This document shows positions 29,805-37,991 of a stretch of DNA of 58,704 bases, in pieces; position 1 is the stretch's first letter, and every line of letters starts with the position of its first letter. The notes under the pieces are model-generated. The model saw only the letters and a program-made list of their open reading frames with translations, made no database searches and was not told where the DNA came from. Location of the stretch: the NCBI GenBank assembly GCA_964243445.1, contig CAXTEX010000001.1:1-58704 (forward strand). Reading direction: 5' to 3'. The stretch comes from an uncultured Caulobacteraceae bacterium (GTDB taxonomy: Bacteria > Pseudomonadota > Alphaproteobacteria > Caulobacterales > Caulobacteraceae). Position numbers and translations under genes: made by a program.

Positions 29805-31614
29805 GCGCGCCGGCGTCGAACTGCAGCTCCGCCAGACGGGCGTAGAGACCGCCCTGGGCGACCAGCTCGCCGTGGGTTCCGGTCTCCACGATGCGACCCT
29901 GATCCATGACCAGGATGCGGTCCGCCTCGAGCACGGTGGCCAGGCGATGGGCGATGACCAGGGTGGTCTGGCCGCGGCCCGCCTCGGCCAGGGCGTCCTG
30001 CACCAGGCGTTCGTTGCGGGCGTCCAGCGCGCTGGTGGCCTCGTCCAGCAGCAGGATGGCGGCGTCGCGGGCGAAGGCGCGGGCCAGCGCCACCCGTTGC
30101 CGCTGGCCGCCCGAAAGGGTGCGGCCGCCCTCCCCCACCGCCGTCGCCAGCCCCTCGGCGCGATCGTCCAGGAAGGCTTCCACCTGGGCGGCGCGGGCGG
30201 CGGCGATGACCCGCTCCACGCCGACCGGCGGATCGCCGAAGTCGATGTTGGAGGCGATGTCGCCTGAGAACAGCACCGGGTCCTGGGCGACCAGGGCGAT
30301 GCGGGCGCGGACGTCTCGCGGATCGGCGTCGCGCAGGTCCACGCCGTCGATCCGCACACAGCCCGACTGCGGATCGTAGAAACGCAGCAGCAGCTGGAAG
30401 ACCGTGCTCTTGCCCGCGCCGGAGGGGCCGACCAACGCCACCCGCTCGCCGGGTGCGATCCTGAAGCTGACGCCGCGGAGCGCCGCGGCGCGGCTGGCGT
30501 GCGGATAGGCGAAGGCCACGTCCTGGAACACGATCTCGCCCCGCGCCGGGCGAGGCAAGGGGACGGGCGTCGCGGGCGCCGTCACCATCGGGCGCAGGCT
30601 CAGCACCGCGCCGATCCGGCCCATGGCGTCCAAGCCTCGCCGCGCCTCGCCCCAGACCTCGGTCAGCGCGCTCGCCGCCGACGCCGCCAACAGGGCCAGC
30701 ACGCCCGACTGCACCAGCAGCCCCGTCGTGGAGCGGCGGGTGACGTAGGCGGCGTAGGCGCCCTCGCCCAGCAGGGCGGCCAGGCCCAGGAACAGCAGGC
30801 CGATGATGGCGAAGGACAGCGCCGCATGGGTGCGGGCGCGCCGGCGCGCGGCGACCGAGGCGGCCTCCATCGCCGTGGCGAAGCGCGCCGAGGCCCGGCG
30901 CTCCTGCCCGAAGGCCTGCACGGTGGCGAGCCCGCCCAGGCTCTCGCCGGCGAAGCCGACCGCCTCGGTGGTGCGGTCCTGCACCGACGCGGTGGAGCGG
31001 CGCAGCCGGCGCCGGAACACCAGCAGCGGCGCCAGCAGGGCCGGCGCGAACAGCAGAAGCGCCGCAGAGACAGGACGCAGCACGACGAGCAGGCCGAGCG
31101 CGCCGACCAGGCTGAGGAGGTTGCGCAGCGCCACCGAGCTCAGGTTGCCGGCCAGGTTCTGCACCGCGCCGACGTCGCTGGTCAGCCGCGACAGCACATC
31201 GCCCGGCTCCCGGCCGCCGAGGGCGGTCGGATCAAGCTTCAGCGCGTGATCGTAGAGGCTGCGACGCAGGCTCGTCCCCACGCGGTCGCCGAGCACGGTG
31301 ACGAAATAGATGCGCAGCGCCGTGGTGACGGCGAAAGCCAAGGCGACGAGGCCGAGCGCCAGCAGCGGAGTCGCAAGATCGGCGCGACGGTGCGCTCGCC
31401 CGATCAGGTCGATGGCGAAGCGGCCGGCGATGGTCAGCGCCAGGATCGAACCGGTGGAGGCGAGCACCGACAGCCCGGCCGCGACGGCGAGCGCAGGGTG
31501 GGCGACGACGGCGGCCAGCAGTCTCGACCTCGGCGTGGGGTCGCGGGCCTCGCGAGCCGGACGGGCTGGCTTCAAGGCCGTCGTTCCACCATAGTGCTCC
31601 TGCAAAGCCGTCAT
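29791..31614 (-). CDS. MsbA-like ABC exporter (fused TMD and NBD)
   Basis: TM region, Walker A GPSGAGKST, LSGGQRQR, ILLLDEATSALD, IAHRL; start uncertain. Confidence 0.92.
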   Translation of the reverse strand: MTALQEHYGGTTALKPARPAREARDPTPRSRLLAAVVAHPALAVAAGLSVLASTGSILALTIAGRFAIDLIGRAHRRADLATPLLALGLVALAFAVTTALRIYFVTVLGDRVGTSLRRSLYDHALKLDPTALGGREPGDVLSRLTSDVGAVQNLAGNLSSVALRNLLSLVGALGLLVVLRPVSAALLLFAPALLAPLLVFRRRLRRSTASVQDRTTEAVGFAGESLGGLATVQAFGQERRASARFATAMEAASVAARRRARTHAALSFAIIGLLFLGLAALLGEGAYAAYVTRRSTTGLLVQSGVLALLAASAASALTEVWGEARRGLDAMGRIGAVLSLRPMVTAPATPVPLPRPARGEIVFQDVAFAYPHASRAAALRGVSFRIAPGERVALVGPSGAGKSTVFQLLLRFYDPQSGCVRIDGVDLRDADPRDVRARIALVAQDPVLFSGDIASNIDFGDPPVGVERVIAAARAAQVEAFLDDRAEGLATAVGEGGRTLSGGQRQRVALARAFARDAAILLLDEATSALDARNERLVQDALAEAGRGQTTLVIAHRLATVLEADRILVMDQGRIVETGTHGELVAQGGLYARLAELQFDAGAPSPA

Positions 31615-31733
31615 TCCGACGATGCGGGACGGTCTGTCCAGCCCTTCGGTGATCCATCCGGCCGAAGGACCTGCCCGAACCCAATGTCGCCTGACCGATC
31701 CGCTCCTCGCAGCCACGCTGAAGGACACGGCCT

Positions 31734-32480
31734 TTGAAGGCGTTGATCGTGGCGGCGGGCCAGGGCGTACGCCTGCGCGGCGTCGCCGCCTCCAAGCCGC
31801 TGGCCCCCGTCGACGGCGTGGCCTTGATCGAGCGGGTCATGGCCGGCGCCGCCCAGGCGGGCGTGGACGGGTTCGTGGTCGCCACGGGCTATGAGGGGGA
31901 GGCGCTGGCTCGCGCGCTGCAGCACATCTCCGCCCGACTCGGCGTTTCGGTCACGTGCGTGTTCAACCCGGACTGGCGCGGCGCCAACGGCGTGTCGGTG
32001 CTGGCGGCCGCGGCGGAGCTGCCCGGCCCCTTCCTGCTGCTGATGGCCGACCACCTGTTCGATCCCTCCATCCTGGCCGAGCTGATGGCGCAGGCCGAGC
32101 CGGTGGACGGGGTGGTGCTCGCCGTCGACCGGCGGCTCGACAATCGCCTGGTCGATCTGGAGGACGTGACGCGGGTGCAGACGACGTCCGGCGGGGCGAT
32201 CGCGCGCATCGGCAAGCTGATCTCGACCTATGACGCCTTCGACACCGGGCTGTTCCGCGCCGGCCCGGCGCTGATCGAGGCGCTGGCGGCGGATATGGCG
32301 GGGGGCGGCCCGGGCAGCATCTCCGCCGGCATGCAGCGGCTCGCCGACGCCGACCGCGCCTGGAGCTTCGACGTCGGCGACCGCTTCTGGATCGACGTGG
32401 ACGACGCCGCCGCCCTGGAGAAGGCCGAGCGATATCTCGCCCTGGCGGCCAGTCCCGCCGAGTGGCGCTCCGCCTCCTAG
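31734..32480 (+). CDS. NTP transferase / phospho-alcohol cytidylyltransferase (IPCT/LicC-like)
   Basis: AAGQGVRL...SKPL, NGVSVL, LLMADH, IGKLISTYDAFDTGLF, WIDVDD. Confidence 0.88.
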   Translation: MKALIVAAGQGVRLRGVAASKPLAPVDGVALIERVMAGAAQAGVDGFVVATGYEGEALARALQHISARLGVSVTCVFNPDWRGANGVSVLAAAAELPGPFLLLMADHLFDPSILAELMAQAEPVDGVVLAVDRRLDNRLVDLEDVTRVQTTSGGAIARIGKLISTYDAFDTGLFRAGPALIEALAADMAGGGPGSISAGMQRLADADRAWSFDVGDRFWIDVDDAAALEKAERYLALAASPAEWRSAS

Positions 32481-32562
32481 CCGCGAACAGAGCGGCGCCA
32501 GGTCGCCTCGCCTGCGGGCGGGCTTCGGGCTATGACCCCGCCACATGGGTGCAGCGTCCGGC

Positions 32563-34857
32563 ATGACCTTATCAGCGAACGTGAGGCGGCTCGGGCGGGG
32601 CCAGCTCGACCGCTACCTGCTGCGCCAGCTGGCGCAGCCGGTGGGCGTGAGCCTGGGCCTGATCCTTTCGGCGCTCCTGCTCGACAAGGCGCTGCGCCTG
32701 GTCCAGGCGCTGTCCGACAGCGGCGCCAAGCTCGGCTTCCTGCTGCCGCTGATGGCCGCGCTCACCCCCTACTTCCTGGCCACCGCGGCGCCCTTCGCCT
32801 TCTTCACCGGCTTGCTGGTCGCGGTCGGCGGCTTGGACGAGGCGGGCGAGATCGAGGCGATCCTGGCGTCCGGCGTGTCGCCGGCGCGGCTGGCGGCGCC
32901 CTTCATGCTGGCCGGCGCGGCGATGGCGGTCGCGGTGCTCGCCGTCTCCGCCTGGCCCGAGCCGCTCGGCCGTTACGCCTACAGCCGCGGCCTGTCCGCA
33001 GCCCAGGAGGCCGGCTGGTCCGGCCGGCTGGAGCCTGGGGCGGTGTTCGCGCCCAAGGCCGGATCGAGCCTTGAGGCCGAACAGGTGCTGCTCGTCGGCC
33101 ACCGCCTGCGCGGCGTCTTCCAGACCGAGCGCAAGGCCGACGGCGGCGAAGTCGTCACCACCGCGCAGGAGGGCGCCTGGAACCTCGTCCACGGCGGGCG
33201 CGACGTCGCCCTGACCCTGCACGACGGATCGGTCTTGCGCGACGAGGCGGGCGGAAGCGCCACCGTCGGCCGCTTCGACACCCTGGACGAGACCGAGCCC
33301 TCCGGCGCCGCGGCGAACGTGTCGCCCCGCGGCGGCGACGAACGCGAGCTGACCCTGCCCGAACTGTTCGGCCAGCTGGGCGCGCCCGGCCAGCGAGGGC
33401 GCGTGGTGGCGGCGGAGCTGGCCGTCAAGCTGGTGCAGGCGGGGGTGCTGGTCTTCCTGCCGCTCTTCGCCCTGCCGCTGGCCATGGCCGGCAAGCGGGG
33501 CGGGCGGACGCCAGGGATGATCGTGGCCGTCGCCAGCCTCGCCGCCTTCCACCACGCCGTGGAGCTGTTCAAGGGGCTGGTGGTCAACGGCAAGCTGCAC
33601 GCCGCCTGGCCCATCGGCGCGAGCTTCGCCGTCTTCGCCCTGTCGTGTGTGGCCGTGCACCTGTCCAGTCGTCGCCGGCCCGGCGACAATCCCATCACCC
33701 GCGCCGGCGCCACCTTCGCCTGGGCGACCGGCGGGCTCCGTCGCCGCATGGCGCTCTTCGGCGGGGTGGCGTGGCTACAGCGCGGCTATTCGGGGCTGCC
33801 GGCCTATATCGGCTGGCTGTTCGGGGTCCGCACAGCCTTCGCCGGCCTCGGCTTGATCGCCTTCTTTCAGATCGTCGACCTGCAGGAGATGAGCCCCAAG
33901 ATCCTGGCGCGGGGGCTCGGCGTGGCCGGGCTGTTCCATTACGAGGCGCTGCGGCTGCCGGCCATGATGCTGCAGCTCGGCGGCCTGGCGATCCTGGTGG
34001 GCGCGGTGGCCACCTTCTTCTCGCTGGGCCAGCGCAGCGAGAGCGTGGCGATGCAGGCCTGCGGGGTCTCGCCGTACCGCATCCTGCTGGCCGCGGCGCC
34101 GGTGGCCCTGATCGTGGCGGCGCTGGACCTCGGCCTGTCGTCGGAGGTCGCGCCCCATGCCCAGGCGGCGCTGGACGGCTGGTGGTCCGCCAGCACCCCC
34201 TTGCAGGAGCAGGTCGATCCCAAGAGCCGGTGGCTGCGGGTCGGGCGCGACCTGGTGTACGCCGACCACATCGACGCCGACGGGCGCGGGCTGCGCGGGG
34301 TGCGGGTCTACCGCCGCGACCCGACCGGCCTGCTGCAGGCGCGGATCACTACGGCTTCGCTGCAATGGGCGCGGGGTTGGCGCGCCGCCGCCACACGCAT
34401 CGACCAGGTGGGCGAGACCGGCGACGTGACGAACGTGGCGAAGGCGGGCGGCCGCTGGAGCAATGTGGCCCTGACGCCCTTCACCCTGCGCGCGGTGACC
34501 CGCACGTCGGACGAGACCACCACCCTGGCGGCGGCCTGGACGCGGGTGTCGGGCGCCGCAACCGACAAGCGCGGCCACGACCTCGCCACCCGGGTCCAGC
34601 ACGGCCTGTCGCTGCCGCTCACGCCCTTCATCATGCTGCTGCTGGCCTCGCCCGTGCTGGTCTGGTCGGGCGGACGCCGTTCCCCGACCCTGCCGCTCGG
34701 CGTGGCGCTGGGGACGGGCCTCGCCTTTCTGATGACCGACGGCTTCTTCACGGCGTTGGGCGAGGCGGGCGACCTGCCGTCGCTGATCGCGGCCTGGACC
34801 GCGCCCGCCATCTTCGCCGCCGGGGGCGCCTACGCCCTGTCCTTCTCCGACGGCTGA
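32563..34857 (+). CDS. Fused LptF-LptG (YjgP/YjgQ) permease
   Basis: Two tandem YjgP/Q modules in one frame: LDRYLLRQL...GEIEAILASGVS and LPAYIGWLF...SESVAMQACGVS...AAWTAPAIF. Confidence 0.85.
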   Translation: MTLSANVRRLGRGQLDRYLLRQLAQPVGVSLGLILSALLLDKALRLVQALSDSGAKLGFLLPLMAALTPYFLATAAPFAFFTGLLVAVGGLDEAGEIEAILASGVSPARLAAPFMLAGAAMAVAVLAVSAWPEPLGRYAYSRGLSAAQEAGWSGRLEPGAVFAPKAGSSLEAEQVLLVGHRLRGVFQTERKADGGEVVTTAQEGAWNLVHGGRDVALTLHDGSVLRDEAGGSATVGRFDTLDETEPSGAAANVSPRGGDERELTLPELFGQLGAPGQRGRVVAAELAVKLVQAGVLVFLPLFALPLAMAGKRGGRTPGMIVAVASLAAFHHAVELFKGLVVNGKLHAAWPIGASFAVFALSCVAVHLSSRRRPGDNPITRAGATFAWATGGLRRRMALFGGVAWLQRGYSGLPAYIGWLFGVRTAFAGLGLIAFFQIVDLQEMSPKILARGLGVAGLFHYEALRLPAMMLQLGGLAILVGAVATFFSLGQRSESVAMQACGVSPYRILLAAAPVALIVAALDLGLSSEVAPHAQAALDGWWSASTPLQEQVDPKSRWLRVGRDLVYADHIDADGRGLRGVRVYRRDPTGLLQARITTASLQWARGWRAAATRIDQVGETGDVTNVAKAGGRWSNVALTPFTLRAVTRTSDETTTLAAAWTRVSGAATDKRGHDLATRVQHGLSLPLTPFIMLLLASPVLVWSGGRRSPTLPLGVALGTGLAFLMTDGFFTALGEAGDLPSLIAAWTAPAIFAAGGAYALSFSDG

Positions 34858-34884
34858 GCCGGCCTGAGCCAGGAGCTCCAAGCC

Positions 34885-35403
34885 TTGATCCTGTATCCGT
34901 CCCGCCGGCGGCGATCCGGCCTCGCCCGATCGGCCGCCGTCCTGGCGCTCGCCTGCAGCCTGTTTGCGATCGACGTGACCAAACCGGTTCGAGCGCAGGA
35001 TGCCGCCTGCGACGGGGAACCCTCAAAGGTGCGGCTGTTCATGACCGTCGATCGGATCGTACGGTCCGACGGGCTGATCGCCGCCACTGTCTATCCCGAC
35101 GATCACCGCCGCTTCCTGGCCCACCATGGCCAGCTCGCCGTGGTGCGGCGGCCGACCGCCACCCCCTCCACCGAACTCTGCATCTGGCTGCCGAAGGCTG
35201 GCGACTATGAGGTGGCCGTCTACCAGGACCTGAACAGCGACCACCGCTTCAACCGCAACGCCCTGGGCGTTCCGACCGAGCCCTACGGCCTGTCCAACGA
35301 TCCGCCGAACCTGCTGGGCCTGCCCACCTTCCGCTCGGTGCGCTTCCCGGTGCACGAGGGCGACAACACGATCCACATCCCGCTGCACAAGCCGCCGGGC
35401 TGA
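34885..35403 (+). CDS. DUF2141 domain exported protein
   Basis: Signal peptide; GDYEVAVYQDLNSDHRFNRNALGVPTEPYGLSNDP...PTF. Confidence 0.85.
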   Translation: MILYPSRRRRSGLARSAAVLALACSLFAIDVTKPVRAQDAACDGEPSKVRLFMTVDRIVRSDGLIAATVYPDDHRRFLAHHGQLAVVRRPTATPSTELCIWLPKAGDYEVAVYQDLNSDHRFNRNALGVPTEPYGLSNDPPNLLGLPTFRSVRFPVHEGDNTIHIPLHKPPG

Positions 35404-35436
35404 GGGCCCTTCCCGTTTTGCTTGCGGGCTGCGCCC

Positions 35437-35549
35437 TGCGTGCTTCGAGACAGGCTGCTGCGCAGCCTTCCTCAGCATGACGAACCCTGTGCGATCCACA
35501 CGCTTCGTCATCCTGAGGAGCCGTCGAAGAGGGCGTCTCGAAGGACGCA
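35437..35549. repeat. Palindromic intergenic repeat (REP/RIME-like)
   Basis: TGCGTGCTTCGAGAC...CCTCAGCATGACGAA pairs imperfectly with TTCGTCATCCTGAGG...GTCTCGAAGGACGCA; between convergent genes. Confidence 0.75.
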
Positions 35550-35587
35550 TGACGGTCGTGCAATGCCCCTGCGAAGGGGAGCGGACC

Positions 35588-36688
35588 TCACCGAGCGTCG
35601 CGCGTCGCTCGTAGCCCCTTCAGCGCCCGGATGTAGCCCTGCGCCAGCCTGAGCTTGGCCGTGGCGAGCGCGCCCTTCGCCGTCGACACCCGCACCGCCT
35701 CCACCGCGTTCGCCTGCGCGGGCTCCACCAGGCGCCGGCGGAGCTCCCGCGCCAGCGCCGGATCGTCGAAGCTGACGATCAGCTCGGGTTCGGCGTCGTA
35801 GCTCACGAAGTCGAAGTTGGACGAGCCGAGCGTCAAACGCGCCCTGTCCACGATCAGCGCCTTGGCGTGGCTCATCTGCGCGGTCTGCACGAGATCGAAC
35901 CCCGCCCGCTGCGACAGGGTGTCGATGTAGTCGTGCAGCAGGGGCTTGTTGTTCACGTGCGGCGTGACGACAACCACCTGCACCCCGCGACGGCGCGCGC
36001 GCACCAGGGCGTCGGTGAAGGGGAAGGTCAGGTAAGGGCTGACGACCACGATCTCCCGGCGCGCCGCGTCCAGCTCGCCCATGAGCGATCGGAACACGTC
36101 GGCGTTGCTCCGCCCGTCCAGCCCGTAGAGCCTCAATCCTTCGAACTCGGCCCGCCAAGCTAGGGCCGCAGACGCTCCGGATGTGGGGAAATCGGCCGCG
36201 AGGCGGTCGGCCACGTCGCGCTGCTCGATCCTGACCATCAGGTCGTCCCAGGCGAAGTTATGGTCGCTGAAATTGACGCCGCCGAGATAGGCCACGTCGT
36301 CGGCCACGATCAGCTTGCGGTGGTTGCGGAAGGGATAGTCGCGCCAGAGCCTGCGGATCGGCTCGGTCCAGGTCACCTCCACGCCGTCGGCCTGCAGGCG
36401 CGTGAACATGGCCGCGGTGGCTTGGACTTCGGCCTGCAGGGCCTCGTCCGCCCTGGCCCGGCGCGTGTGCACCCAGCGGTCGTTGATCACCCAGCGGCTG
36501 TAGTCGTCCACCGCCACGCGCCGCAGCGCAGCAGGGCTGGACGCGATGGCCTTGGCGACATCCAGTCCCGCGGCGTCGCCCTCGAAGGTCATGGCTTGGA
36601 CCAGCACGCGCCGCCGGGCGCCTGCGATGTCGGCCTTGGCGCGCGTCCAGAACTCGGCGGCGCCGATGAGAAGCTCGGGCGGGGGCAA
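35588..36688 (-). CDS. Phospholipase D / cardiolipin synthase family enzyme
   Basis: Two HKD motifs: HRKLIVADD..LGGVN and HAKALIVD..LGSSNFD; VVSPYL. Confidence 0.9.
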   Translation of the reverse strand: MPPPELLIGAAEFWTRAKADIAGARRRVLVQAMTFEGDAAGLDVAKAIASSPAALRRVAVDDYSRWVINDRWVHTRRARADEALQAEVQATAAMFTRLQADGVEVTWTEPIRRLWRDYPFRNHRKLIVADDVAYLGGVNFSDHNFAWDDLMVRIEQRDVADRLAADFPTSGASAALAWRAEFEGLRLYGLDGRSNADVFRSLMGELDAARREIVVVSPYLTFPFTDALVRARRRGVQVVVVTPHVNNKPLLHDYIDTLSQRAGFDLVQTAQMSHAKALIVDRARLTLGSSNFDFVSYDAEPELIVSFDDPALARELRRRLVEPAQANAVEAVRVSTAKGALATAKLRLAQGYIRALKGLRATRDAR

Positions 36689-36746
36689 GGGCGGCGTCCG
36701 GTCAGCGGCGTTGCGCCGCGTCGCGGCCGCCTCCTATAAGCCGGCG

Positions 36747-37991
36747 ATGCCCACCCTGAGAAGCGAGGCCGGCGCGCCGGCCGGCCGCATCCGCGTGCTG
36801 CTGCTGCTGGGCTCGCTGCATGGCGGGGGGGCGGAGCGGGTGGCGGTGAACCTGCTGAACGGCTGCGATCCGGCGCGCTTCGACATGCGCATGGGCCTGC
36901 TGCGCCGCACGGGCCCCTATCTCGACGACATCGATCCGGCGCGGCTGGACGTGGCCGAGGGCGGCGCGTGGCTCCACGACGAGGGCGACAACGCCGCCAT
37001 GTACCGGCCCGATCGCCTCATCGCGGGTGCGGTGAACGCGCCTCGCGCCCTGGCGGCCCTGGTGCGCCGGTCCCGGCCCGATGTGGCGGTGAGCTTCCTC
37101 AAGGGGCTGAGCCTGGCGACCTGGCCGGCCATGGCGCTGCTGGGCCGGGCGCGCCCGCGTTGGCTGGCGCGGGAGGGCAATAACGCCCTGGCCGTGATCG
37201 ACGACGAACTCGCCAATCCGCTCGGCCGGCGCGGGGTCAAGGCCCTACTGGGCGGCTGCTACCGCTCGGCCGATGGCGTGCTGGCCAACTCTGCGGACAT
37301 GGCCGAGGGCCTGCGGCGGGACTTCGGGCTGGCGACTGAGCGGGTGCATGTGGCGCCCAATCCCATCGACCTCGCCCGCGTCGAGGCCGGGGCTCGGCTC
37401 GCGCCGGCGCGGCTTGGCGAGAGGCCCTTCATCGTCACCGCCGGCCGGCTGGAGCGTCAGAAGGATCAGGCCACGCTGCTGCGGGCCTTCGCATCCAGCC
37501 GCGCCTGCGACGCCCTGGACCTCGTGATCCTGGGCGAAGGCAGCCTGGAGGCGCGGCTCAGGGCGCAGGCGCAGGCGCTCGGCGTCGCCGATCGGGTGCG
37601 CTTCATGGGCTTCGAGCCCAATCCGTGGGGCTGGTTCCGGCGGGCGCGACTGTTCGTGCTGCCCTCCTTATGGGAGGGGTTTCCCAACGCCCTGCTGGAG
37701 GCGATGGCCTGCGGCGCGCCGGTGGTGTCGAGCGCCTGCGACTTCGGTCCGCGCGAGGCGATCACCTCGGGCCGCGACGGCCTGCTGACGCCGCCGGGCG
37801 ATGTCCCCGCGCTGCGCTCGGCCATGGAGGCCCTGCTGGACGATCCCGAGCGGGCCCGCCGCCTGGGCGCCGAGGCCGCGCGCCGGGCGCAGGACTTCAG
37901 TCTGGCGCGATCGATCCAGGCCTATGACAAGCTGTTCGAGGGCCCAGGCCGCCTCAACGCTCTGACGCGGCTTGTGGTCAGCCGTCCTTGA
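36747..37991 (+). CDS. GT4 family glycosyltransferase
   Basis: GGGAERV, AGRLERQKDQ, PSLWEGFPNALLEAMACG (EX7E); ATG 36747. Confidence 0.92.
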   Translation: MPTLRSEAGAPAGRIRVLLLLGSLHGGGAERVAVNLLNGCDPARFDMRMGLLRRTGPYLDDIDPARLDVAEGGAWLHDEGDNAAMYRPDRLIAGAVNAPRALAALVRRSRPDVAVSFLKGLSLATWPAMALLGRARPRWLAREGNNALAVIDDELANPLGRRGVKALLGGCYRSADGVLANSADMAEGLRRDFGLATERVHVAPNPIDLARVEAGARLAPARLGERPFIVTAGRLERQKDQATLLRAFASSRACDALDLVILGEGSLEARLRAQAQALGVADRVRFMGFEPNPWGWFRRARLFVLPSLWEGFPNALLEAMACGAPVVSSACDFGPREAITSGRDGLLTPPGDVPALRSAMEALLDDPERARRLGAEAARRAQDFSLARSIQAYDKLFEGPGRLNALTRLVVSRP

